Shown here piece after piece: positions 12,330 to 38,900 of a DNA stretch of 64,000 nt. How positions within the stretch are numbered: the first letter of the stretch is position 1; each line of letters starts with the position of its first letter. Both the position numbers and the translations under genes were made by a program. Origin of the DNA: Trichinella spiralis. Lineage: Eukaryota. The notes under the pieces are model-generated. The model was not told where the DNA came from and did no database searches. It saw only the letters and a program-made list of their open reading frames with translations. The stretch covers positions 3,872,596 through 3,936,595 of the forward strand of contig NW_003526944.1 of assembly GCF_000181795.1 (NCBI RefSeq), written 5' to 3'.

Positions 12330-15157
12330 AAAGTGGGCAGGGTAAAACAAACGTGTGAGCTGAACAAGCCAACCGGCTTCAAGCAAGCATTCATTCAGTA
12401 TAATGTGAGAAGAAGCGCTCGCTTGTCGCACGACTGGGTTAGCATTTGCTGAATGTTGTTGCTTGCCACCGACGAACGGCACAAAGTGAAGTAGTAGATT
12501 GAAAACGAAGTGAACGAACAACGAATAAAGCAGACCAACAGACAGGCTGAATGGAAGACATTTTCGCTTGATCAATGAAAGATGGAACAATTTTTCACAA
12601 GCCTGAGGTATCAGAAATCCAGTTCCCACTACGGCACGTACAATAAACGACGAACTAAGCGTCGCTGACAATTCACAAATGCAAACAAAAAGCGGAACAC
12701 GCACCGATGAAAAATTGACAACCAACAAGCAGCAAAAGACGAGATGAATCAAGTCGACACAGAATAAGAAGAAAAGGGATAGATAGATATTACGGCAGAA
12801 GGGAAATCATACACACGCGCGCACGCACGTACACGAATATCTAGAATAATAATACTCGTTGCTTTATTAAGAAATATTAAAAATTATCCATCTCGACTAT
12901 TCGGTGACCCTGCATTGGCCATAAAACGGATCCTAGAACTGACCAAATGTCAAAAACAGCAACAACTGGCAAAAATGACGAGCCGCAGTTGCTCGTCAAT
13001 CAGCGCACTCAACCAACTCTCAAGACAGGAGCAGACAGATGATCAATATATGAACCCAATACTCGTAAAATGGAATTGTGAACAAAATTGGTACATTTGA
13101 AAAATATACTGTACATTTGGAAATTTCTTACGATACAATTTGCCGACAAATATATTGTTCCACTGTTTTGAACCGATGAACGTCGTGTCGATTCTGATCA
13201 AAGAAGAAACAATTTCATCTTCGGATCGGATCATTAATAATTCAGCAACGAACGTTTCAGTCGGCAAGCGTAGCTTGCCTACCGTTGTCAATCGATTCCC
13301 AGCCAACAAGACAAATTCGGTAACTCGGCCAACTTGAGTATCTTGTTATAAAAGAATATTGAAGCCAACACCAACAATAGGAAATGGTTGAACGAAACAA
13401 GAACAGTTTTCCAAAAAAAAATAAACTAGTTAAGAGAAGAGTGAAAAAAAATCAAAAAAAGCATCGACATTATCGATAAATTTTCACCAGTCGTCAAGGC
13501 AGGCCGGCGACTAGCCACGCGTCAAGAGAAACTACTGCAGCGCAGGCGAATTTCCGTTCCTTAAAAAGTGGTATACTGTAAATTTGAAAGTTGCCTTAAA
13601 GCAAATCATATCAATAATCAGATTAATACATTTTAGCAAAAATTATTCTTTAAATTTTAATATGCGTAATTTTTACAATTCAAAACATTTTTCTCATTAT
13701 TATGCCATCAGCTATGCAGAATTTTGTTTGTTGTAAATTACCGTAATTATTGTCATGCAGGTTCTAATAGAACAGTAAACGACGCAACTTTTACTTGATC
13801 ATAATGATAAAATTTTCATGCAATATTACTGTAGTTTGTGAATAATAAATTTTTTCATTTTTTTCATCTCATAAATTTTATTAATGGAGTGGAAAATTTT
13901 CCGCAATTGTTTGCTAAAAGAATTTTAAAATGCAATTTACATACAACCCTTTATATCGAAAAATACCGCATTTTATTCAATTATAACGATGTCAAATCAA
14001 AATTTAAGCATTTTTTCATTACTAATGCTGACTGATGTTATTTGATTTTTCAAATGTTTTATATGTAAGATTGTATTACAAGACTGCACTGTTGTTTTAC
14101 TCTGTTACGTTGTAAACTGTGTTTATGAAAAGAGTTTTCAATAAATCTCAATTTGTTTATGATAAAATTTATAAACATTGTATTTTTTCTGCTCTTTGAT
14201 TATCAGTTTTGATATTTTGACTATCGAGAGCAAGTTACTTAATGTTTTACAGGTTCATTCATATTTTCAGATACATTTTACTTTATGAATTTAGCTGCAT
14301 TATGGAACTTTGAAAGAAAATTAATATAATCCCATATAAATATACATTTATTGTTTAAATGAACAACAGTTCAGTCATCAATTTACATTACATGAATGTG
14401 TAAAATTAAATATTACGATGTTGGAAAGCTTTAACATAATTGATCATTTCCAGAAGAAGCTAAAAGTGTCAAAACTTTCTTTTATATGCCTCAGAAGTTT
14501 TGTTTTAAAAATTATTTAGTAATATATGAAGTAATATGCTCGGATATCAGTCTAATCAACAGGTTGTTTAGCATTTGTTATTTGCTTTTTATTCCTCAAA
14601 AAAAAACAAATAACTTGAACAATCAAAAATCCCCAAAACGCAGAGTAATGTTAATAAATTAATTTTTAACTTTAATATCACAAAATATCTTTATTTTAAA
14701 ATTTAAAATTTAAGCATGAAAATAAATTACTATGAATCTATTAATTTTAATTAAAATGCAATCATTTATTAAATTTGTATTAACCACTTTTCAGATGGAA
14801 TTATTGATTATCATATTGAAAGAAACGTATTTTTATTCAAAAGAAATACGTGTAACCTGAATCTCAGAAGTAAAAAAATCTTTTCAATTTGTGATTGAAT
14901 TGTACCCGGGTAATGAAATTGATAGTATACCTCACCCTGATTATAAGGCAGGCCTACTGTAGGCATTCATTTGATGGATTGATGTGGGAGGTCGGCTGCG
15001 GCATTGTGCAATTAAGTAAAGCCGCGCCGAGTTGCCATTGTGCGGCTGCTCGTTCAGCTATCGTTTTGCTTATGATCGGTTTGATAAACGTTTACGGTGT
15101 TTGCATTGTTCAACTGTTCTTGTTTTGCTTGGTAAAAATTTACACATAACAATAATA

Positions 15158-27099
<11,942 letters not shown>

Positions 27100-27993
27100 G
27101 TTATTCAAACAACAACAACAACAACAAAAGGAGTAAACAACAATTTTCTCAACAAATACCAACCACCCAAATCTCTCTATCTCGCTTATTCACTTTGACT
27201 ATTTTTTTGCTCGCTTCACGTGATTGTTTGTTTTCTTGTTTGTTTATTTGTTTGTTTTTTTATTTTTGTTTTGCCATTTTCCCCATCTCATTTTCTCGCG
27301 CTTCTTTTCAATATACATATGTTTTTTTCTGTTAAAGCTTTACTTACTTACTATTACTGCTATACTGTACTACTACCAATATCAAAAATGCTTTGATGCG
27401 CTGGTGCTTTTTTCATAAAATCTCTTTATTTATTATATATATATATACTGCTGCTGCTGCTGCATTTCTTGAAATAGTTAGTGAAACATGAACAACACCC
27501 CCAAACCCTCCTCCCCCAGTTCAACTGTAATTTTCAGAATCCAATTCTCGCTTCTCTCACTCACCACATGGGCTCAATGGATTTATTTTCAAACAAAAAG
27601 CTACTAGTCAGTTTTTTTGTTCTTCACAACAATATCCACTTCTTGCCGTACAAAATTTCGCTTGTGACAATGTTCCTACTTAACACGAGGAGCAGTTTTC
27701 GCTTTTCTTTTATCCCGTGCATCGATGCTTTGAGAAAAGAAAAAAACAAAATGGCTTTACTTTCTTTGAATAAAATGTTTGTTGTTCATTATGTTTTTTT
27801 ATTCAAACACATTGCGTGAGTCTACATGGTACGAGTTTTACTTTTTTCAAACAGATTGAGTAGTCAATCAACAAAGCAGTCAAATCAAAGTAGTGAAGAA
27901 AGAGACAAAATAATACTTTTTTTTATTCCTCTAAAGTTTTATGCGTTAAAATCTGCACCATAAAAATTATATTCAAATAATAATATGATCAGT

Positions 27994-28837
27994 TTAATGA
28001 GTCTTATGATATTTTTCCCAATAATCAAAGTTGTATATGTTTTCGCTCCACGGTGTCAACAGAGAATACGACTGGTAAATGATGTTGACGATAAGAACAA
28101 CTGTCATGAAAATGATAACACGAGTGGTAGTGTACTTGTCTTTCGGATGTGCTTTGTAAACAGGAACCCTGTACGCATCCTTAAAAAATAAGAAACTTCA
28201 AAATATGAATAACACTGCGTAATACCTAACAATCTATAAATGGTTACTGTCTTCAAAATTACAGTAATCAATAACAAAAAACATTAAATTTAAAATTAAA
28301 ACATGTGCGACCACTTTTGTGTTGCTATAAATAAACAAACTATGGTATATTTAGTAGGAATGGTAGAGTGATCAATGTGAAAAAAATGAAAGTTTTGTTT
28401 TGTTTTTCAGGTACCAATAGTCGGCTATAATATTAGATGCATTGTCAGAAAGAAAAGTAAATGGAAAAAACAGTATTGATAAAATGCAAAGGATGATTTT
28501 GCACATTTACCTGGAATACAAAAAAATCGTAAAATGATCTTTCCGTTGGAGTCAGCTTGTAATAGTTGACATTATTAAACGAGTCCACTTTTCCTTCTTT
28601 ACGCCACTTTTCCCACACAACAATTGTCATCTTCGGATTTTTCAATTCGTCAACTTCGTAATCCTTCCCGTTGAATTTCAGATGCTCTTTGTCATTTTTG
28701 TAATAAAACGTCCACGTATAGTCTTGAGATTCTTCTTCCTTCACGGCTGATGTATCGCTTTTCTTCAAAATCGGCACACCAGTTAATGCTGGATGAAATT
28801 TTGGCAAAAGACGAGCCGTACGAACAAGCCCATTCAT
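27994..28837 (-). CDS. Two-exon 170-aa mitochondrial single-pass membrane protein, COX7A-like
   Basis: Exon 1 28837-28511 (109 codons) has an Arg/Leu-rich presequence-like start MNGLVRTARLLPKF and splices in phase 0 to exon 2 28179-27994. The join reads FQ|DAYRVPVYKAHPKDKYTTTRVIIFMTVVLIVNIIYQSY..., like the COX7A FQxxxxxPVxxxxxxD+TM pattern. Confidence 0.6.
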
Positions 28838-31111
28838 AATTAACTAAATATAACAGAAATTATTCATATTACAAACTCGCTTCAACTCACTGTTCAACTA
28901 TATTACGTAAAATATTTTACTCAACAACAGAAACAAAGTGCATGCGGTAATTAAGTTGGTTTTATTGGTCAAAAAATCACTCACCCGTGAATGTTTTGTA
29001 CACGTTCGCAATTTTTAAATGAAACAGTTTTTAAAGTTAGTCATACTGTAAACTTTTCGGGATAATCAAGGAAAATTTTTATTTAACATACAAAATTTTA
29101 CTCGGTTATTAATTTATTTTTAAGTTTTTAGCTTTTTTGTGTATGTGTGATTTATAATTTTGAAATATTGACGAATGTATTGTGCATTTGATTAGAATTG
29201 AATAATGAATTTTTGAAATAGAGAGAGATATATAAGATGGATTTGACTGAGAGTTTATTTTTGTTGTTTAATTTGAATTGGTCCATAGCAGAAAATTGTA
29301 ATTTGCTTTGTGAGAAGGATAAAATCGGTGAAATATGCCCAGAGATTTAATTATTTAGTTTTGATGACAAATTGTTCCCCAAAAATATCATTCACTGTTT
29401 CGTCAGCTTTGCACTTGGTTAATTCGTTTTATTTGGTCACCGTCCCAGAGGTCGGTTGTCGAATAGCTTAAGTTTTCAACGCCTCATTTTGTCGATTGCT
29501 TACTGTCGGCTTGTGCTGGTCTCTCGTGTGATGATGGGATTCTTCTGTTCGTTTATTTCCAAATGTCCAGCAAAGCAGAATTATCTTCAGTAATAAATGC
29601 GCAACTTTGGCTTTCAAAGTCGATTTTCACCACCAAAACTGATCCGAATCGATAGTCGCTCGGTTGAACGTTTCATTCATCCCAAGAGGGACAAATAAAT
29701 GTTTCTTTCGTTTTTGACAAACTGACTATTTTGGAAAAAAATTGATCTCCACTCAACAACAATTCAATCATCCAATGATAATTATTTGATATCGTTGAAT
29801 TGTAATGGTGAAAAATCTTTTCTTTTTCTTTTCTTGAAAACTTCATTCATCGAATAATTATAATATTCACTGTGCACAGATTGGCATTTTTGAGATGTTT
29901 GATCGACTGAAAAAAAGCCATCGGTGTTGTTAGTTCATTGTCAGTATGTTCTACTTCAAAATGAGTGGCAGTATTTTTTTTTGTTTTTCAATGTAAAATT
30001 CAGTTCACAGCGGGAATTTTGAATTTGAACGTTGATCCTGCTGAGTATGAAATGTGGCTGTTTGACCATTTAATGTCAAACGACCAATTCAAGACCCCCC
30101 TCGAAAAAGTGACAATAATCTTCCCAGTAATGGTTGATTAACTGAGAGGATGCGTTGAATTTTCTTCCTTGATATTAGTGTAAAGCAGAAAATACAAAGA
30201 AGCAGCAGCATATAATGCTATCACGAAGCTTGGATTGTGATGATGTTAGTGGAAATTTTCACGTTCATTATTACGATGATGATCATTCGACCGTGCCTAA
30301 TAAAAGCGTCCTTGACATGATTAGTCCAACCCGGAGAATGCAAACTGCACATTCGACCGCCTACAGAGAACCCACCAACGGTGCCATCAAACCAACGGTC
30401 TTTGCTCCTCGAATATTTCCAATTCAAATGCAAGAAATTTTCCTTGAAAAAAAAAATAATTTCTTTTTTTTCTCTTCAATTGTTCCTGGTGAGCAGATGT
30501 TGTTAACAAATTTACCTTGAATATTCAAATCTCTCTTTGAATCTCAATCCATTATGTATAGCTAAATTGTTGTTCAACTTCATCATTGTTCGTGCTTTTC
30601 TTTTTCGCTTGTCCAAACAGTATCAATTTGCATGATTGATGAATACTGAAAATTTTCATTTTAAACTTTTCCAAAAGTTCAAAAGCTAAGGGTAAAAAAA
30701 TTTGAAAATTCAAATTACAACAAAACAGAGCATCATTGCAAGCTTTGCAATGTTGGGGGGTAAAATGGTCGAGTCATGTGCGAGAAACAAGTAAACAAGC
30801 TTAATGAAAATTGTCATAAAATGTAACGTTGTTGGCCGTCTGGTAGAAATGCATTTCTTGAAGAATGGGGGAGAAAAAGCTGATGAATGTCAAGAAAAAA
30901 AAATGGCCTGAACAGAAAACGATATTTTACAAAATTTTTATGGATGATGACAAGAAAAATTTTTATATTGTTGAAAATTTGAAAACGCTAAATTTAAATG
31001 TGCAAATTTATCAACGAAATTATACCGTTGTGAATCATCGGGGGAATGTGGAATTTCTTTTCCTTTTCTCAAATCGATAAACCAATTTTCAATGGAACAA
31101 AAACTCAAAGG

Positions 31112-31112
<1 letters not shown>

Positions 31113-31148
<36 letters not shown>
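31113..31148. repeat. (ATA)n microsatellite
   Basis: About 12 consecutive ATA units read directly. Confidence 0.9.
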
Positions 31149-31149
<1 letters not shown>

Positions 31150-32637
31150 TAAAATATTTTTCAATAGTGTTTTTATTGAATGATTGTTGTAGAGATTGCA
31201 CATAAAAAAAATTACTGAATAGAATCTTCAACATGTACATCTAAATATTGATTTTTATAAATTACCGTATGCAAATGTAGATGCTTTGAGAAAAATAACG
31301 CGCCGTGCAATTTTACAGCATCCACCTTGAAAGTCGAACGGACAAAACCATTGTAAATAACTGAAGGGTTTTTTGCTTGTTTGATTTGAATAAAAAAAAG
31401 ATCATTCATTCATTGGTCGGGTGAGTAATGGTTTAAAATAAATATACTTTTGACTTTTCACGATTTTGACATTGGAATAAAAATGCAAGTTCGAATAATT
31501 CTATGTATAGGTGGAAAAAAATTGTACAAATCAACAGATTGTTGTTTGCAGAAACGAGGGTCGAATTTTCGTCACGTTTTCTGCACAAACGTGGCATGTT
31601 AGAAGTGTCGAATTTCCGGCCTCTCGTATATACGGTGCCGATGTTCACTTCCGTATCAAATATATGCACACATATTTATGTATTGTTTTTGTCGGCTTGT
31701 TGACAAAATTTGCTTACTTGTTGTCTATTTCGAAGGGATAATTTATAAATGGGCTGGTAAAAGCGGAAGATAAACCGGAAGCGGCTTTGATCATCTTAAA
31801 ATGGTAATTCGCACCGGGTGTACTGCTGTGCGTCGCTTCAGGATAACAGATGGCGTTAGCGCTGTTGACACAGAACCGTCTTTCTGCTTTTGCCGTCTTC
31901 TTTTCACCATTTACCAATTCTTCCTTTCTCCAGCTAACCGCGCGTGTGATTTTTCATTATCATCATTATCATTTATTCTTTTTCATTTTATTCTTATTAT
32001 TCTAATTTTGCTTTTCCATCTTCTTCTTCTTCTTCTTTTTCTTCTTCGGCTTTCAGTCAGATTCTTCTGGTTTCTGACAGCGAGGACTAACTTGGCTGGC
32101 GTTTGGTGAAACGTTGGCTGCAAGCAACCGAGAAGTAAGAATTCCCGGATCCCATTTTTAATAGAGGTGTGTGTTGTTGGAGTAGTATTGGATTGCGCTT
32201 GTTGTGGTGAAAAGCAAGTGCGCCACCGTTGCCAAGTTTTGATACACGTCAATTTTTGTTGCGAGTTATCTTTGTCTAATACTACTCTTAGTCATCATCA
32301 TCATTATCATCTTCTTCTTATTCTTATTCTTCATCTTTAGCATCATATTCTTCTTATTATTGCTTCTTCTTCTTCTTCTTCCTCCTCCACCTCCTCCTCT
32401 TTCTTCCACCACCACCATCTACTCCGCCTTCCCGACGCCTTTGCGATCACAGCTTTCATTCTAGCTTGTTTCGAATTATATGCGGTAAGCGAATAAATGC
32501 ATACATAACATAGATAACAGGCACAACTATGTATACCATTTGCGTGAACGTTTATCCATTTGTATATGGTTTTATTAATACGTATATTTATTATTATTAT
32601 TATTATTATTTAAGACGACTAGGCGTGGCTAGGCAAG

Positions 32638-33498
32638 ATGGACGAAAAACGAACCATTGACGAAGAAGCCTTACTGGCACGTCATACTGACGAAAAATGC
32701 AACGATCGAGCTGGCCACGGCTCTTACGAAATCCTGCGAACCCAAGCGACCCTTCGACCGATCCTTGTTTTGCCATTGTACTTGCTGCTCATTTTGAGCT
32801 GCGTCGAGACGATCAGAGCCGGCCCTCCTCCATTGAACAGTTCCACTTTTCGAGATTTGTCCAGAATGGCATTTCGCGCCTTGTCCGGAGCCGATTACGA
32901 AGACACAGCCGTCGGCCTAGTACGGCCCGGTCATTTCGGTCATCAATGGCACTCGACGACGATGCTGACCAACACCAGCATTGTCACCAATGAATCGTCC
33001 GACCGTTTGGTCGGCCCGAGGCGCGACCGTCACCGACATCTCGGTTCTAACGGTCGACGTCGACATCCCGAATCCAACAAATCCAAAATGTGGTCGAAAA
33101 AATCACGTCAACGTTCCAAACAACAACAGCAGCAGTTGTATCCAAATAAGCGTCAAGCTTATATCATTGCTAGTCGAGATGTGATTCGAACCGATTATTG
33201 TCGAACGATTGCTTTCAAGCAACGCATACGCATTGAAGGATGCCTGTCGAAAACGGTGATCAACAGTTTCTGCTACGGACAGTGCAACTCTTTCTACATA
33301 CCACGATTGCACGGTGTCCGTCTGATGGCGTCGTTCAAAAGTTGCTCTGTCTGTCAGCCGTCGCAGATCACTTCCATAACGGTCACTTTGCATTGTCCAG
33401 GACGTGTTGGATCAGTGCATCGTCGCAAATATCTCAAAGTGAAACAGTGCGCTTGTATGGCCGTCGAACAGCCGATCAAGCCGACGCTCAGCATTTGA
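32638..33498 (+). CDS. GREM1: Gremlin-like DAN-family cystine-knot BMP antagonist, single coding exon, 286 aa
   Basis: Nine-Cys DAN domain: YCRTIAFKQRIRIEGCLSKTVINSFCYGQCNSFYIP...FKSCSVCQP...VTLHCPG...VKQCAC. Hydrophobic segment ILVLPLYLLLILSC and a basic linker precede it. Confidence 0.92.
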   Translation: MDEKRTIDEEALLARHTDEKCNDRAGHGSYEILRTQATLRPILVLPLYLLLILSCVETIRAGPPPLNSSTFRDLSRMAFRALSGADYEDTAVGLVRPGHFGHQWHSTTMLTNTSIVTNESSDRLVGPRRDRHRHLGSNGRRRHPESNKSKMWSKKSRQRSKQQQQQLYPNKRQAYIIASRDVIRTDYCRTIAFKQRIRIEGCLSKTVINSFCYGQCNSFYIPRLHGVRLMASFKSCSVCQPSQITSITVTLHCPGRVGSVHRRKYLKVKQCACMAVEQPIKPTLSI

Positions 33499-35994
33499 AA
33501 TTTCCCTGAGCACTGTGAACTTTTTTATTCAAGAATTTGGGTTTCTGTTCTGCTTTTTTTCCAGACTTTTTCTCTCAGTTACTCTGTTTGGAAAAGAGAA
33601 TATTTATTTATTTATTTATTTAAATTAATTTCGAAGTTGTGCTTGTTTATTTAAATCCGTTGCTCATCGTCGTCAACTTCAAATTGACGCGTTGCACATT
33701 TATTCCACTTTTTGTTTATTATGCTTTTACATCATTTTTCTCCTTGTCCTTTCAAATTTCACCGAGTTACTGGCCAGATGTTGTCGTCGATGTAATTTTT
33801 TGTTTGTTTACAATACTTTAAAAAGCACTGCTATATGTATACACACACACACGCACGCACGCATATATATATTATCTGTGTTTTTGCTGAGATTCGGTCT
33901 TGAAAAGGGATTTTTGCCCTACCGTACCCACCCGATTGTGTGACTTTCCAATTTTCCACTTTTGCTCTACTTTTTTTAAAAATATTATTATTTAATTTTG
34001 TTTTCTCTTTGTTACTGAATGCAGTAAACGTGGAATTGAATTTAAAATTAGCATTTGTTGCTTTCCATTCGGCTTTCAACAAACGCGTGACGTCATTGTT
34101 GAACATGGAAATGAGAACTTATTGCTTCCTTTTTCCTTTGATTCATTTCGATGAAAATGCAATTTCATTGCAAATGAAGCGAATAATTTCAATTTAATTA
34201 AATTCAAATTTATACAATACACATACAAATATATATATATATGATTTTTATTATCGGAGAAAAGAAACTTGACATGATAAAAGTCTTTGATTTGCACTTT
34301 TGAAGTAGCATAAATTAAATGTGCAATGGGGTAATTTAATTGGTAAATGAGATTTATTTTTCATATTTTCGACAATTTTATTCTCATCCATTTGCACCTG
34401 TTTGAGATGTTTAAGATGCAATTGATGATGAGAAAATTGACGTTGCATCAAGCTGAACATAATCGGTGTCGGTGCAATTTGCAAAACTTAGCTCAAGAAA
34501 GCTTATTCATCATCATCATTTGCGCAACATTTCATCATCAACAGACGGTCAACAATGAGCATTGTTGCCATCACAAGCTGAACATCCGGTTGCTTTGTTA
34601 GATCATTATTTACAAACAAAATATTAATATTAACTGACAACGACGACAACGAGAAAAAATACTGACAACAAATGACAACAAAAATTTATTTATGTTAAAC
34701 GATGCTTCTTTGTTTTCTTGCAAATTATCAGAGCAGAACGAAGCAACATTGTCATATGAATGACGTTGCCAATTAGCATAAGCATTTCTAAGAAAATGTC
34801 AATTCTTTTTCAAATATTCACCAACTGTATATTATTCAAAATGTTCATCGTTTTCTGATCCATTTTACATGTGTAAATGACAGCAAACAGAAGAGCAAAA
34901 GTTTACAAGGAAATTTACTGATCAACTATGCTTTTACGTTGTTCACGTCAACACAAGCATGATGCAACAATATTCAATTAAGAGTTTCATTCCAACACTG
35001 CTTTGAAATATGGGGCGCCAATGTGTTCACACGGAAGTGGATCTTTTTTATTTCCATTCTAAACAAGCAGTTGACGTGCCAACGTTGCACAACGGTTCTC
35101 ACTTAAGATGATAATTTTGAAAAATAATCTGAACATTCCATTTTAATATTAACTAAAACTTTGGGTTTGCTTGTGGTCAGATAACAATTGACAATATCAA
35201 AATTGTCACTCTTTTAATGCGCACTTTGTAAAAAGTATAATTTTATTGGCAGTGTAGTGTTTAGATCGATTTCAAGTAATCATTTTTAAATTGAATTCAA
35301 ACTTCTTTTTAAAAATAATCACTTTTTATTAATGCTATTGTTATGCTTTTTTTACCGAGAAATTATATCGCTGTATTGAATGAATGAAATTGTTTCACCA
35401 TTTACCATGTAATAGGTGAAGTTTTCACTATACAATCCTATTTTATAATTTTTTTAATTAAAATTTTATTATCATTATTATATTAGTAATTATTTAAGTT
35501 TTTGAAATTTTTAAACATTTATTTTACAGTAATTGTAAACTAGACAATCAAGGATTAAGAAAAGTTGTCTCTCAGTATTACTGTGCATTTGTAAGTTGAC
35601 CACTGATTTTGCTTCGCACTTTACTGTTGGTATAAGTTTACAAAGTTAACTGTAATATTCAAAAATTTTATGCGTGAAATGACGAAGTTTTTCCAGATTG
35701 TTGAACTTTTCATCCTTACTTATCAATTTTAACTTATGCGTTTTACTTCGTTTTTGTGCTGTGATAGATGATGTTTTTTTTTAATTTTTCGGGATAAAAT
35801 GCAAATAGTTATGCTAAAAGAAAGTTTTCATCATTGTAATGAGCACAAATTGAAACTGCTCTAAGTGTGTATTCCGTTTGTGGAAATCAACATCAACTTT
35901 ATAAAATTGATTTGGTGGCGCATTTGTGATAAAACACTTGATGAAGTTTGTGATGCTGATTTTATAACTTTAGGTTGTCATCGAAAAGTAAATT

Positions 35995-38900
35995 ATGAAC
36001 GTGTCAAGAATTTTGTTGAAAAAGTACAACGTTCCTACGTATCGGTCGTTGAGTTTCATCCGCTATAATGCTTGTCGTGGAAGTGGAAAACATTTTCAAA
36101 AGTCGTTGAATTCAGCAGACTTATCATTTTGGTAAATTTGTTTCAAGCATGTTTTTGAGTCTTTTATTAACAGTTAGTTGTAAATTCATTTTAAAGTGTG
36201 ATTATTTTTTTAAAAGTTCCGTTTACTTTTTCACACGAATGTTTTATATTTGCATTTTTCAGCTCTTTGGCAAGTGTAAATTGTGATTCATCTAGTGTAT
36301 CTGCGGACAAGACCATCACTGAAACTATACAGACAATTTTGCATTCTGATAGACCTTTAGGGAAAGTTGAAGCTTACGGGGCATCATCACTGAATGCGAA
36401 TATCAGTCCGTTTTTTGAACAAATGAGAAACGACATGTTTCTAGGCAATTGTACATATCTCGAGCATATTCGTGGTGTCATCAAAAATTTGCATTCTACT
36501 GGTAAGTTTATAATTTAATTATCACTTGTCGTATATTGTCTATTTTTGCGAATGTTTTTTTGTATTCATATTTTTAAACAGTTTTGAATATTTTAAACGG
36601 TACACATTTCAATTATTTTTTTATTAAATTGACAACTGTTCAATGTAAAACTGAATTTTCAACTTTGTCATTAATTTGTACGTTGTTTAGTGGTACTCAT
36701 TAATAAAATACGGTAGCATAATATTCTTGATGTTCAAATTTACTGTATTTTTAATTTTTATTAATGAATCAATCAAATTAAATTAAATCAAATAATATGG
36801 TAAGAATAAAACTTGATTATTTTATTTGAATTTATAATTTTAATAATTTATTTAATAAAAGTTGGAATTTATTTGGTGTGATTGAATTTTATCGGTTAGT
36901 AAGTAGTGAAAATGTTGAATGCCGTTTTTTGGCAGGTGATTTTTGACTTTTCAAAACTGATCAAATAATTTATTATGTTTTTGTTAATTTACATTTTAAA
37001 ATTGTGATTTAATTTTTTTAAATTGAATACAGTTTCACAGAGAAATTTATTGCCATCTTCCTTATTTATTGTTTCAGATAAGATTGGAAATTCAGACGCC
37101 TCATTTTTGTTATTATGCTGTGGGCATTCGTTGGCAGATGCTTTACCGCCAGAACGCCTGAAACTTTTTGAAGACTTGTGGGAATTGTTACCTGGTTATG
37201 GTATGCTTTTTATTTTTTTGTTTATTTTTAAAAGTGATTATTAATTTCACAGTATAATGGAAACGTTATTTAAATACAATTTAAGGTGTGCAATATAAAG
37301 TGGAACATTACAATGCCCGCATTGTTGTATACAATGAAAATGGTAAGCAGTTTTCCTGTGAAGACATGTTGAAAGAAATGGAAGAGGCTGGCATTGAACC
37401 GAGTCGATATACATTTGAATTACTTGTCCATCAGTGTTGCAAGCAAGGAAACATTGAAGAAGCAATGTATGCATTTCTCGTTTTGCCAGTTTGTAGTTTT
37501 TCTTTATTTTTTTTTTTAATTTAGGAAAATGGTAGAATTGATGAAGGAGAAAAAAATGTCCCTCAACGAGCGAATATTTGCATCGTTGATTTATGGTTAC
37601 TCGAAAATAAAGTTTGGCTTTGTTACTTTCAACTGATGAACATAATCCAGTAACGAGTGATTTGTTTTGCTTTTTTAAGAGACGAAGACGGTGCGAAAGG
37701 GATAATGGATTTAATGGAAACCAAGGGTCTGAGGCCGTCCAGTTTGACATATGCGGCCAAACTTTTAGCTCATGCTGAATTAGGTGACAAAGAAAAAATA
37801 TATCAAGTATTGTTTGTTTGTTTGTTTGTTTTTTATTACTTCGAATAATTCGAATAATATGTTCTAGGTCTTGGATGATGCATCGGCGGTTGGAATATTT
37901 TTGTCAGATGATGCTTTATTCGATGCGCTGTTTGTTCTTTGTGCAAACGGACATGATGATCTGAGTGATATTGTACGTAAAGCCAATTGTTGATCAATGG
38001 AAAAATTTCAATTTCTACCAGTGGTTTAGATTTTGGAACGATTTCGAAAAATGCCCGGCTATTTTACAAAAGCGAACAATGCATCGGTGCGTTTAGCGGT
38101 TGGTGATCATTGTGAAGTAGCGATCAAAGTGTTGCGAACCATTAGGAAAAATCCACTGCCGGATGGGACGTTGAAAAGTATAGGTGACAAGATGCTGAGA
38201 TACATGGTTCAAAATGATGCGGTAGGCGATTTTTTTTGTATTTTGCTTTTAAACGATTATTTATGATGTAGCTTTTCGTGTTTTAAGTTGTTGTCGTCGT
38301 TTTCGTTTGTTTTGAAGTCACTGAAAGCCGAACACATGCACAATAACCCTTACGAAGTTGCACTGAAATACTGTTACCTGTATCAACATCCAGGTGCTGT
38401 TGAAAAGCATCATATTTTAATTTTTGTTTTGTTTTGTTTTGTTTATTAAATTTTTCTCCTTGCTTCAGATATAGCGGAAGGATTGCTGCGAGAAATGAAA
38501 GTTGCTGGAATTCCGCTTCGTACGCAGTATTTCTGGCCGTTGTTGTGCGCAGAATCTGTACGTACATCTGCTGAGTCGTTGCTTCGAGTTCTGGGCATTA
38601 TGGACGAATTGCAAGTGCCAGTCACACTGAGCACATTGACGGATTGGTTTTATCCAAATCTGCCTCCGGATGCGGATGTTGAAAAATTGCTGAATTCTGA
38701 ACGTTTGCCAGCACTAACTCCGAACCTGTATCGCACTGGCTATATGTGCTATTTGTTGCGCGAAGTGAACGCGAAAGAAGCACTGGAGCTCGGTATGAAT
38801 GGGGAGGGGGTGTGGTTGGATGATGTTTGTTCATGTTGAAAAAATTATCCTGCGTTTTATTCTTCAAGCAAAGAAGCATCGAGTACGCGTGTTAGCTGGA

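Noticed and set aside
32018..32420. CTT/CAT/CCT-rich tracts upstream of the Gremlin CDS giving poly-Leu and poly-Arg ORFs
   Set aside because: These are simple-sequence tracts in a probable 5' UTR, and no in-frame link to the CDS was established.
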